A DNA stretch of 64,000 nucleotides from Ascoidea asiatica JCM 7603. Lineage: Eukaryota > Fungi > Ascomycota. Location: assembly GCA_001600695.1 (NCBI GenBank), contig BCKQ01000006.1, forward strand, positions 425,937 through 489,936. The letters run 5' to 3'. The notes beneath the pieces are model-generated. The model did not search any database, was not told the DNA's origin, and saw nothing but the letters and a program-made list of their open reading frames with translations. Numbering within the stretch: position 1 is the stretch's first letter; every line of letters starts with the position of its first letter. The translations under genes and the position numbers were made by a program. This document shows positions 50,201 through 60,110 of this stretch, piece by piece.

Positions 50201-50935
50201 TTTTTTTAATATTTTTTCTTTCTTATTTTTAGGAATTAATAAATATATTGAAAGCCCTTCAAGAGTTACTGTTAGTTTAGAACTATTTATTTTATTTAAT
50301 ATTTTAGCAAATAAATCTTTTGAAATTTTTTTTTTTTCAATTAATCTTTTGAGAAAATCATGAAAAGTATAAAATGAAGGTTCAAGTAACCATGGTTTTA
50401 TTAAAGATAATTCAACAATTGAGTCTAATAATTTTAAAAAATCAGATTCATTAAGTTCATTTTTTTTTTCTTTAATAAAAAATAAATCTGAATTACATAA
50501 AGATTTTAAACCAAATAATCTACCGAATAATAAAGCTCTAATATCTCTTCCCTTTTTACCTGAAGATGGATTACTTTGATTAATTAAAATTTCAATGAAT
50601 TGATTACAATTTATTTTATTTTGACTAAATCTTAAATTTAAAAATTCAGTTAAAACTGTTGAAAACCCAATTCTTGCGGATAATCTTGAAGAATTTAAAC
50701 CCATTATTAATCTTTTTTGAGAATATTCCCATTCCTTTTCATTATCTACAGATTTTAATTCATTGATTAACTTTATGGCAGCATCGATTCTTTCAGATTC
50801 AATATCACTTGCAAGTAGATAATAATAATCTTTGGAAACTGTTTCAGATTTGACATCTGATTTAACATCAGATTTAATAGTTTTAATATCACTAGAGTTT
50901 GAAATAGAGGCTTTCTCCTCTTGACCTTTTGACAT
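47279..50935 (-). CDS. POL5: Pol5/MYBBP1A nucleolar ribosome biogenesis factor
   Basis: Motifs YYLLASDIESERIDAA, RLIMGLNSSRLSARIGFS, LFGRLFGL, WSPRLHYCW, MDDEQMMAIDEQLSMIF and FKLRVLDLL. First ATG is at 50935. Confidence 0.93.
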   Translation of the reverse strand: MSKGQEEKASISNSSDIKTIKSDVKSDVKSETVSKDYYYLLASDIESERIDAAIKLINELKSVDNEKEWEYSQKRLIMGLNSSRLSARIGFSTVLTEFLNLRFSQNKINCNQFIEILINQSNPSSGKKGRDIRALLFGRLFGLKSLCNSDLFFIKEKKNELNESDFLKLLDSIVELSLIKPWLLEPSFYTFHDFLKRLIEKKKISKDLFAKILNKINSSKLTVTLEGLSIYLLIPKNKKEKILKKLEFKNGWVSNDPLLKSNTANIIKVSKALELKQDDDESENLPQTGKTKNLKKGGKMKNQNKPKTTNSGTWSPRLHYCWSLLSEEIISLDLETYDDANQEIIEITSDDEEDLESSTITNKRKKHFKDEKKKKHKHSKKDSKEKISKFITIKQFWYDIIDPSFFGNSPTVERKFTGFKIFELFLTKLYQISQTFQNKGEIYSKISSLFTPHLLRTIINQANNSKNFLYKLVKIEILEGLISKVLPEKNPLLAMTLMKSLLLSPSGNLNFDRLSKTSTISNLINIIVSSNNQEMIDELINLYTQVLNDPLKFLSVQEQTLIKNESKNNRKKNKSDTNGNVDNSNDSDIDMDDGNITQQTKKEEDKLIEKKQRWALDKMVSTVKSVILDSDKLLPDNSHKWIDNILKAISFFCYFKPLDSEEKGNIFKDSIAKVAAEKLNLILSQLTNFERVDNLTWSYKVLKYLAELEEQEILKNPSPIYSLRFKIEGDLEKTKHSNLKVLKKINQNRLNLISTKSKLGLKSNPQIRQLLSFELLYSLTLLQLCLGFDEENLADSVSILNEIGDIYKSLKIDDNEDLYDDKNSPEIEGELHSLDILVDIILSFVSKKNSLIRKISMVIWENFLLDVDYRALKTLTEVLITRENVEGQMSLFESENLEEDETSLSEENKNLDEESEALLKKEDTLIKKDDTGSNSLSEIESSFSGESDSEDEAKDSVNEVDRKTTIALAEVLGVPQENGEVKFNESDLDDSSDSDEMDDEQMMAIDEQLSMIFKSRKETLDQGQGESGSDKKKGAIEARENMIFFKLRVLDLLEIFVEKSDRSCNSYLSLSLLMPLIETLKLTTDESIKDKTSKLIKKICKIKFIFTEEFKKSQEKLAQKTQGEDNSFIISEATLLELLKNIHKSSMGSSNQRQTQACNQCSVTISKLLLTSFSSENLETVIKLYETLIIDWIKNKDSKTQPTMFIDFINWLDTYRQK

Positions 50936-51065
50936 TTTTAATTGAAATTTATCAAAGAAATTATTGAATTTGAAAAACAATAATTATTATTAGTCTTTTC
51001 AATGATTAAAAGTACTTTCTTGTTTGATTGAATATTTCTATTTACTTACATTACAATACCCAAAA

Positions 51066-51303
51066 ATGAAATTTTCAATAAAAAATTATATATTTTTTCA
51101 ATTACAAGCCAAAAAATTTTGATAGAGAGAAGACCTACATTTATGGTCTCATTACCACCACGTGGCTTTCCTGTGAATTTTGAAAACGTTTTTCTTTTTT
51201 TGGAATTTTCAAAGATTTATAAGTGTCACGTGTATTTTGGTTTTTGATCCTTGCAGCGGATATTCAAATCATCCGTGACGCACATTTGCTCTCTTTCTAT
51301 TGG
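51066..51303. promoter_or_regulatory. POL5/ATP15 divergent promoter: RRPE-like TGAAATTTTCA, E-boxes including GTCACGTG (51225-51232), CCAAT box on the minus strand (~51299)
   Basis: Consensus matches that fit the flanking ribosome-biogenesis and respiratory genes. Confidence 0.5.
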
Positions 51304-51490
51304 TTTCATTAAAACCAAAACTCCAATTTGAAAATAATGGGTGGAAATAATTGAAATCAAAGTATATTGTGATAAGTTAATATAATAATACGAATATTAA
51401 GTCGACAATAAATTTGTATATTATAATAAGCATTATTATAAATCAATTAAATTATATTCATTAATATTAAATAAACAAATTCATTAAAAA

Positions 51491-51779
51491 ATGTCTGCCT
51501 GGAAAAAAGCTGGTTTCTCGTAAGTAGTTTTCAATTGAATATTTCAATGGATTCAAAATAATAAAATTTTAAAAATATCATTAAACTAATCAATCATTTT
51601 CTTTTATTAAAATTTATAGATTCAACAAATATCTTGCTATTTCAGCAAAAACTGTTCGTTCAGTATTAAAAGAAGATCTTAAAGTTGCAGCTGTTCGTCG
51701 TGATGCTGTTGATGCAAAAGTTTCTAAATATGAAAAAGGTGTTCCATCAGAACCAAAACCTTTAAGTCTTTCTAAATAA
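51491..51779 (+). CDS. ATP15: Mitochondrial ATP synthase F1 epsilon, 2 exons: 51491-51519 and 51620-51779, 62 aa
   Basis: Spliced product MSAWKKAGFSFNKYLAISAKTVRSVLKEDLKVAAVRR..PSEPKPL. Intron 51520-51619 has GTAAGT, AACTAAT and TAG. Absent from the ORF track. Confidence 0.95.
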
Positions 51780-53909
51780 TTTAAAAATAATTTTATTTGA
51801 CTTTTTTTTACCTATCATGAAATGATTTTTCAAAAAGTATATTGAAAACCGAGAAAAAGAAAAAAAAAGAAAGTGAGAATAATATAAAATGAGTCATAAA
51901 ACATTTATTAATTCATTATTATAATAAAAATGAAATTTACTTAAGTTTTTTTGGTTCATATATTTTCAAATGTCTACTAAGGTCAATTAAGAGTTAAATA
52001 ATTATAATAATAAAAATAATAATCATAATAAAAGATTTTTTTCTATATTCTATTCAAATATTTATCTACTGATACAAAGGTTGAAGATTGAACTTCAATC
52101 CAGTAGTTGAAATTCAAAAAAAACATTATTTTATTTATCCATTTTTTTGAGCTAATCAAGTTTGGGGAATATAACTTTTAAATTGATTCAAGAACAATAA
52201 CATGTTAATATTTTTGAAAGAATATTAATAAGATTTGATAGGGGAATTAAAAATTATTACTAAAGAATATGTCTTAATAATTACTTTTCTTATAAAAGCA
52301 TAAATTTGCCGTAGAATTTATAAGTTCTTAAAGATTTCAAAATGAATTAGCATTCAAAGATATTCTCATATAACAAAATCTAGTAACTTTGTTCTAAATT
52401 TTAATAAAAAGGGTCTACAGTACGTTAAAACATTTAAATTTTAATTCATGTTTAATCAAATGTTTTTTTTGATAATTAATATTCTGAAAAAGTTCCTTTT
52501 GATAAATAAAAGTCTTGAAATCTTGAACTAAGAATATGAATAAAAGGGAAGTACCTAATAGTACATCAAAATACATCACCGTACACCTAATCTAAAAGCT
52601 GACTCAGTGATGACTCAGCACCCTTAACATTGTTTTTTTCGATCAGTGATTAGAACATAATTAAAATCCAGTACAATTACTGCACAATTCAAACGAAACT
52701 TGAGTTTTAGAAAATTATAAGATGATGAAGAATAGTCCGACGAGATCGGAAACCAGAAAGGGCTTTAAAGCTGTCTGAAAATTTTACTTCTTTTTTGCTT
52801 CATAAAAAAAAGAATATGGTAATTTGAAAAATTGAGCAAAGAGAATTGAAAATTTGTAAAACCGGTGAAATTAAGAATACAGACCTGTAAAAATATTTTT
52901 TACTATTTTTTTTGCAGGGACATTAATTCTTGAATTCTTTGAATATTTTGAAAACAACTTTTGTTAAATGGAAATAGTAAATTCTTTTAAGAGATTTCTA
53001 CAAAACTTCAGCACTTCAACAAGACTTTTAACAGAATTCTAACAGAATTTTAGGAAATTGGTGCACGACTTGGTTATGCGGAACTCGTATTGGTGAGAGA
53101 TTGAATTGATTAAACTCGCACAAAACCACCCACATCTTGACCCACAACCCTGGTTGCAACTAAATCCCTCTTCAAAATATTTGTTTACTAAAGGGACTCT
53201 CGTGATCTTTTTCATTTAAAGATAGTTTAGTTCAATATATGTTTGGTAACTAGAGGGTTTTCATGTAATTTGTGTGCACAGCGCTGCAAGTCATATGTGC
53301 CTTAGTTTAGGCTGTAGCAGGAGCGCACTGCTTGGCTGCTAGGGAGACGCCTAACGGCGCTCGCTCATTGGCTGAGCTTTGATCTTTTAGATTAAAATCC
53401 TCTGCTCATACGCAGCAATGCTTCCTTGTTATTTAGTATTGATTCCGTTGATTTTTATTCTTTTAAGGCAATCTACTGATTTTTTTGATAATTTTTTTAA
53501 ATAAACCCCCCATGGAAGTTTATGAGGAAATAATTTTACCCAAAGTTACTGAAAACCAGTAAATTTATTAATAAAATATTGATAAATTATCAATACAAAC
53601 TGCCAATTGGTGTTTAAATCTTTTGTACTTTTAGTTAAAACAGTTCTTAAAACTGTTATGTCAGTTTTTTAAAACTATTTTCACCGGAGAAAAATTATTT
53701 TTGAAATTCTCAGTTTTATTTTCCTATTATTATTATCATTATTATTATTATATTCATTTCAATTTTTTTATATATAAAGCCCCTTAGTTTTAATTTTTTA
53801 ATTATTCTTTTTTTTTTATATATAAATTCATTTTCTTTTATAATTTCAATTAATATTTAACTAATTTATAATTCATTTATAAAAATAACATTAATTATAA
53901 ATCTCAAAA

Positions 53910-55515
53910 ATGGCAAGAAATACAGTTTTTGCAGTTGGTAAGTTTTCTTCTTTTCATTTCCTTTTATATTCATAATAATATCGATAATAATATATATAAT
54001 ATTTGATATTTTTTATATCTCTTATATATTTATGCTCTTTTATTTCTTACATTTGCAATATTTGCTCTTTTCGGGCTTTGATTTTTATACAAGATTAATT
54101 TATCATTTACTTATCAAAAACTTATTTCAAATTAATTTATCTTTATGACTTATCAAAGGAATTGATAGGTTTTATTAACTCGATATCTTTAAATATATTT
54201 CCAATAATTTAGATGCTTTAATTATTTTCATTATTATTAATATTATTATAATTATTTTAATCATTCTTTCATTTACGTTTCTAAACTATAAACTATGACT
54301 CCTTGCATTTAAGAGACCCAAATTATTCAAACGAATTCAAAAATAATTTCATTTCGAAGATCATTCAACTAACAGCTTTATTTTTTATTTTTATTTTTAT
54401 TTTAATTAGAGGTTTTCTTCATTGTTTTAAGAGAAACATTAGAAGCAGTAATTGTTGTTTCAGTTTTATTAGCTTTTCTTAAACAAGGTCTTGGTAAAGC
54501 TACTGATGATCCAGTTGTCTATAAAAAATTAAGGAATCAAGTTTGGTTTGGTGCTGTTACTGGTGTTTTTATTTGTTTAGTAATTGGTTGTGGTTTTATT
54601 GGTGCATTTTATTCTTTAGATAAAGATATTTGGGGTAATTCCGAAGATTTATGGGAAGGTATATTTTGTATTATTGCAACTGTTTTAATTTCTCTTATGG
54701 GTATTCCAATGTTAAGAATTAATAAAATGCAAGAAAAATGGAGAGTTAAATTAGCTGAAGCAATTATTCAACCTCCAACTAAAAAAACTTTTTTCAATTT
54801 TGGTTTTTTAGTTAAAAAATATGCTATGTTTATTTTACCTTTTATTACTTGTTTAAGAGAAGGTTTAGAAGCTGTTGTTTTTGTTGGTGGTGTTTCTTTA
54901 AATTATGAAGCTAAAGCATTTCCATTACCTGTAATTTGTGGTTTAATTGCAGGTATTGCTGTTGGTTTATTACTTTATTATGGTGGTAAATCTTCTTCAT
55001 TACAAATTTTCTTAATTATTTCAACTTGTATTTTATATTTGATTGCTGCAGGTTTATTTTCAAGAGGTATATGGTATCTTCAAACTGATAAATTTAATAA
55101 AAGAACAGGTGGCGATGCATCTGAATCTGGTTCTGGTCCAGGTTCTTATGATATTTCTCAAACTGTTTGGCATGTTAATTGTTGTTCACCAGAATTAGAT
55201 AATGGTTGGGATATTTTTAATGCACTTTTAGGATGGCAAAATACTGCAACTTATGGTTCTGTTATTTCTTATAATATTTATTGGTTAGCATTAATTGTTA
55301 TTTTATTATTAATGTTATTTGAAGAAAAAACTGGTCATTTACCATTAATGAAAAATTTAACTATGAAACAATTAAATCCAATGTATTATATCAAAGGTCA
55401 TAAAGAATTAACTGAAGAACAAAAAGAAGAATTATTCAAAGCTGCTGATGAAAAAGTTAAAAGTTTACAAAAACCAGAAACTGACAAAGTTGATAATTCT
55501 GTTGAAGTTAAATAG
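53910..55515 (+). CDS. FTR1: High-affinity iron permease, 2 exons: 53910-53937 and 54410-55515, 377 aa
   Basis: Spliced N-terminus MARNTVFAVE|VFFIVLRETLE supplies the first RExLE motif; the second is REGLE. The 472-nt intron has GTAAGT, AACTAAC (54367-54373) and TAG. Confidence 0.95.
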
Positions 55516-55955
55516 TTAAATTTATTTTCAAGGTCAATTTCATCTTTCTATTTTTCATAATAATATAAAGATTATCTTAATGATGAAAATGAAGATAATA
55601 TTCTAATTAATTAAAATATTATTTAATCTTATGAATATTTTCTATATAATTTCTTATGGTTTTTTTTGATTTATTAAATTTTTCTTTTCTCTTCTTTTAT
55701 TTTCAATTACAAATACAATTTTTAATCTTAATTTTAATCTAAATTTCTTTATATAATGTATATATATATATATTAAAATATATATTTAAAGAATATACAG
55801 TTTCAAACTTCTGTTTACATAATTTCAAAAGAACTACAAACCCGTAGTTTTATTTATTTGGATGATAAGTACGTAAAAAAGTACTTGAATTCGTAAAGAT
55901 CATTATATTGTCATTGTCATTATTGAGGCTTGAAATAAAGAATGGAATTGAAATA

Positions 55956-56423
55956 TTATTCATCTATATCTTTATTGAAATAAGTGGATAAATTATTAAT
56001 TGAATTTTCAAAATTTTGATTCAAACTACTTAATTTATTATCTAAAATTTGACCAAAAATTTCCATAACATCTTCATATTTATATTCAGATACAATATCG
56101 TAATTATTGAATAGCAGATCAGGAGATGAAGTTGTGTTTTTTTGAATAGAATCAGTGTCACCTTCAGAATTGATATTGACATTAAGATTGTTATTGGTAT
56201 CAATAGTATTAAAGTTAAGATTTTGAAGAGTATTATTATGAATATGATTCATTGAGGAAGTTAAATTAACCGTAAGCGCTCTTTTACTAAATTGAAGTTG
56301 ATTAATTAATTCATCTTGGATTTCATCCCAAAGAAAATCACTGAAGCTATTGCAGCCTGGAGGGAATATTTCAACAAGAAACTGCTTTGAAAGAACTTCT
56401 TTAGTCTGGGAATCTATATTCAT
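55956..56423 (-). CDS. Hypothetical 155-aa protein
   Basis: Open frame from ATG 56423, divergent from the OPT gene across a GC island. No recognisable motif. Confidence 0.55.
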   Translation of the reverse strand: MNIDSQTKEVLSKQFLVEIFPPGCNSFSDFLWDEIQDELINQLQFSKRALTVNLTSSMNHIHNNTLQNLNFNTIDTNNNLNVNINSEGDTDSIQKNTTSSPDLLFNNYDIVSEYKYEDVMEIFGQILDNKLSSLNQNFENSINNLSTYFNKDIDE

Positions 56424-57707
56424 TATGATCAAGAGAAGATAAATGGTTATGATATTGAAAAATTGATTGAATATGTGTTCTAGATTATAATTTTATCTAA
56501 TTGTGCCCATTTGAATGATAATACAGTATTTTATTAGGAATTCACATGAACTAGTTGTTTGAAGTTACTCGAGATTCTAATAAAATTTCTGATAGAACTT
56601 TTGTCATCTACTTTTGAGTTTTTATATCTGATATTATTCCTTTAATTTTGAGTAAAAAGGAACAAATAAATTCACTAATTAATAAAAAATCAAATAGACA
56701 TATCAATAAATAAACAAACAAACCAGGAACGAAAATGTATATCCGCCGTTTAAATTATCCGATATCAGGAAATAAAACAAATCCGGAAATTATTTATTTT
56801 AAACTAGGCCTCTTTCACCAAATTGTTTCAAGGCCTTTCCTTTCCTTTTTAATTAAACTCCTTCTCCGGCCACCAGGCCTTATTTTATTTTTTTCTGCGG
56901 ACCGGTCCACAAGCGGAAGTCCTTTCCGCACTGCTCGTCTGCTCGCTCTGCGAGCGCATCTCTTCCGATGAAAGATTTAGCTTAGCTTAACAGTTGATTG
57001 ACTTTAACAGTTACTGCCTGCCTTGATCAGATTCCTCCCAGAGCTCTGAGAGCAAATCATCGCTTTATTCGATTACTAATACTAATATTACTGACCTTAA
57101 TTACAGAAATATCATATCGGTAAATTAACTTACTCAAAATAATGATAAAATTATTAGAACTTAAGTTATTATTATCACCAAAAGAAGGTTGCATGAATTC
57201 TTCAATTCCATGAAATTTTGATGTTCAATCTCAAGAGCTCTTACTTCCTTGGCTCAAAGTGATTGCGTTGATTCTTTCATATATTCAATTACTTTATAAT
57301 TCAAATAATAAATCTAAATCTTCAGGTTATTGCTTTCTTCTCAAAATTCGTTGATAGTTTTTATTTGCTTCTTCTCAATATTCTTTTCTCATAAATTTCA
57401 TATTCTTTAAGTGCTATTCATTTCATCTCATCTTATATATTCTATTCATATTTGAATTCTGTTTAAAAAATCTTTAAAGCGATAATAAGAAAATCGATTC
57501 ACAAATGTTGCTATTAATTTGAAAAGAAAAAAAAACTATTTATCTGATCTTTTGCTTTCATATATTTTATCTGCTTTTTTCTGCTTTATCAATTATATTT
57601 GCTTCATTTGCTTTACACTTTTCGTACAAATTAGAGAGATATATATTCTTTAAATTATTTGACTATATTCTATTTGCTTTATTACTTTATTTTTTTTTTT
57701 CTAAATT

Positions 57708-60110
57708 ATGGTACAAATTCAAGAAGATGTGATACCTTGGAATGAAAAACCAGCAATCAAACAATTTACTCTTAGATCTGTTATTGTTGGTTTAATTATT
57801 GGTTCTGTTGTTTTAATTTCAAATTTTCAATTTGGTTTACAAACGGGTTGGGTGTCAATGATGTCTTTACCTGCTGCTTTATTAGGTTTCACAATCTTCA
57901 AATTTTTAAATTTAGGTTCGATTAATCCATTCACTGATGTTGAAAATGTTTTTGTACAAAGTGTTGCAGTTGCAGTGGGTACTGGACCTTTAGCTTATGG
58001 TTTAGTTGGTATAATTCCTGCAATTGAAAAATTTTTAACAATTGAGGAAAGTGGTTATGATTTTAATTTATCTTTCTCAATTTTTCAATTATTTATTTGG
58101 TCAACTGGTCTAGCTTTTTTTGGTATTTTTTTTGCTGTTCCTTTAAGAAAACAAGTTATAATTAAAGAAAAATTACCTTTTCCTTCTGGTTCTGCAACTG
58201 CAACTTTAATCTCAGTTCTACATAAAACTAAAATTCTCAATGAAGATGAATATAATGAAGAAATTGAAGATCTAAATCAGAATCAAATTTCAAATAGAAT
58301 TGATAATGATATTGATAATGATCTTCATAATGATAATCAATTAATATTGGATAATATTCATTTAAATTCTGATATTTCAAATCAGAATCAAAATCAAGAT
58401 TTACATCAAAATATAGACCAAAACATAGATCATATATCCATATCTAAAAACTTCAATAATATAAATCTTACAAAATCAAATCAAGATAATGACTTTAATA
58501 CGGACTCAAGTTTAAACTCAAATTTAAATCCCAATTCAAAATCTCCTAAAAACTTACATAACTCTGATAATAACAATATTAATGATAATAATAGTAATAA
58601 TAGTGGTAGTAATATAATAGATTCTGAGTCTTTAATTAAATTACAAAATACTCAATCATATTCTAAGAATTCAAATTCGCTTTTAATAACTTTTTTTTTC
58701 TCTTCAATTTATACTATTTTATCATATTTTTTACCAATTTTAAGAAATTTACCAATTTTTGGTAATAAATTATCAAAAAATTATTTATGGAATTTTCAAC
58801 CTTCTCCTGCTTATATTGGTCAAGGTATAATTATGGGTTTACCAACTGTTTCTTATATGTTATTTGGTTCAATTTTAGGTTGGGCAATATTAGCTCCATT
58901 AAGTAAAAAATTAAATTGGGCTCCTGGTGAAATAAATGATTGGAAAACTGGTGGTCAAGGTTGGATTTTATGGATTAGTTTAAGTGTAATGATAAGTGAT
59001 AGTATTGTAAGTTTTTTAGTTGTAAGCTTTAATACTTTAAATCAACTAATAAAAAAATATAAGAATGATAATTTAAATAAAAAAATTATCCATTCTGAAA
59101 GGCAAACTCTATTGAATACTTCAACTATAGCTGAAAGTGATAATCAAAATAGTCAAAGTAATCAAAATATGACTAAAAATATTAAGAAAAATGAAACATT
59201 TGATATTGATTCAAAATTTCTTGTCTCAAATAAAATAACTATTTTAGGGGTTATATTTTCTTGTATCCTTTGTATTTTATCTATATCCTATGTTTTCCCA
59301 AATAATATTATTCCAGTTTATTCAATATTTATTGCTTTTATATTGGCTTTATTTTTATCAATATTAGGAGTTAGAGCTTTGGGTGAAACTGATTTGAATC
59401 CAGTTTCTGGTATTGGAAAATTATCACAATTAATTTTTGCATTAGTTATACCTAAAGATAAAAAAGGAGCAGTATTAATAAATTTAGTAGCTGGTGGAAT
59501 TGCAGAAGCAGGAGCACAACAAGCAGGAGATTTAATGCAAGATCTTAAAACGGGTCATTTAATAGGAGCTTCTCCTAAAGCACAATTTATTGCTCAAATG
59601 ATTGGTACTATTTGGTCAATTTTTTTATCATCCATAATGTATCGAATTTATAATAAAATCTATGATATACCGAATGATTTATTTAGAATTCCAACTGCAG
59701 TAGTTTGGATTGATTGTTCAAGATTAGTAACAGGAAAAGGATTACCAACTAATGCTTGGATATTTTGCATTGTATTTGGGATAGTATTTGCAATTATTTC
59801 TTTAATTAAAAATATTGTATTAGATAATGAAAATAAAAATTTCATTAAATATAGAAAATATATGAAATATTTACCCAGTGGAGTGGCTGTTGGAGTTGGA
59901 ATATATAATACTCCTAATTTTACGCTTGCTAGATTTGTTGGTGGAGTTATTGGATATATTTGGCTAAGAAATAAAAAGAAAAATAACTTGGGAAAAGATG
60001 ATGATAGTAAAGTCTCGATGATTATATTTAGTTCCGGATTAGTATTAGGAGAGGGGATGTTTAGTATTGTTACAATGTTTTTAACTAGTTTGAATGTACC
60101 ACATTTATGA
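57708..60110 (+). CDS. OPT-superfamily transporter (YGL114W/YSL-like clade)
   Basis: Motifs NFQFGLQTGWVSMMSLP, ENVFVQSVAVA, KLPFPSGSATA, GETDLNPVSGIGK and AGDLMQDLKTGHL. Confidence 0.93.
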   Translation: MVQIQEDVIPWNEKPAIKQFTLRSVIVGLIIGSVVLISNFQFGLQTGWVSMMSLPAALLGFTIFKFLNLGSINPFTDVENVFVQSVAVAVGTGPLAYGLVGIIPAIEKFLTIEESGYDFNLSFSIFQLFIWSTGLAFFGIFFAVPLRKQVIIKEKLPFPSGSATATLISVLHKTKILNEDEYNEEIEDLNQNQISNRIDNDIDNDLHNDNQLILDNIHLNSDISNQNQNQDLHQNIDQNIDHISISKNFNNINLTKSNQDNDFNTDSSLNSNLNPNSKSPKNLHNSDNNNINDNNSNNSGSNIIDSESLIKLQNTQSYSKNSNSLLITFFFSSIYTILSYFLPILRNLPIFGNKLSKNYLWNFQPSPAYIGQGIIMGLPTVSYMLFGSILGWAILAPLSKKLNWAPGEINDWKTGGQGWILWISLSVMISDSIVSFLVVSFNTLNQLIKKYKNDNLNKKIIHSERQTLLNTSTIAESDNQNSQSNQNMTKNIKKNETFDIDSKFLVSNKITILGVIFSCILCILSISYVFPNNIIPVYSIFIAFILALFLSILGVRALGETDLNPVSGIGKLSQLIFALVIPKDKKGAVLINLVAGGIAEAGAQQAGDLMQDLKTGHLIGASPKAQFIAQMIGTIWSIFLSSIMYRIYNKIYDIPNDLFRIPTAVVWIDCSRLVTGKGLPTNAWIFCIVFGIVFAIISLIKNIVLDNENKNFIKYRKYMKYLPSGVAVGVGIYNTPNFTLARFVGGVIGYIWLRNKKKNNLGKDDDSKVSMIIFSSGLVLGEGMFSIVTMFLTSLNVPHL

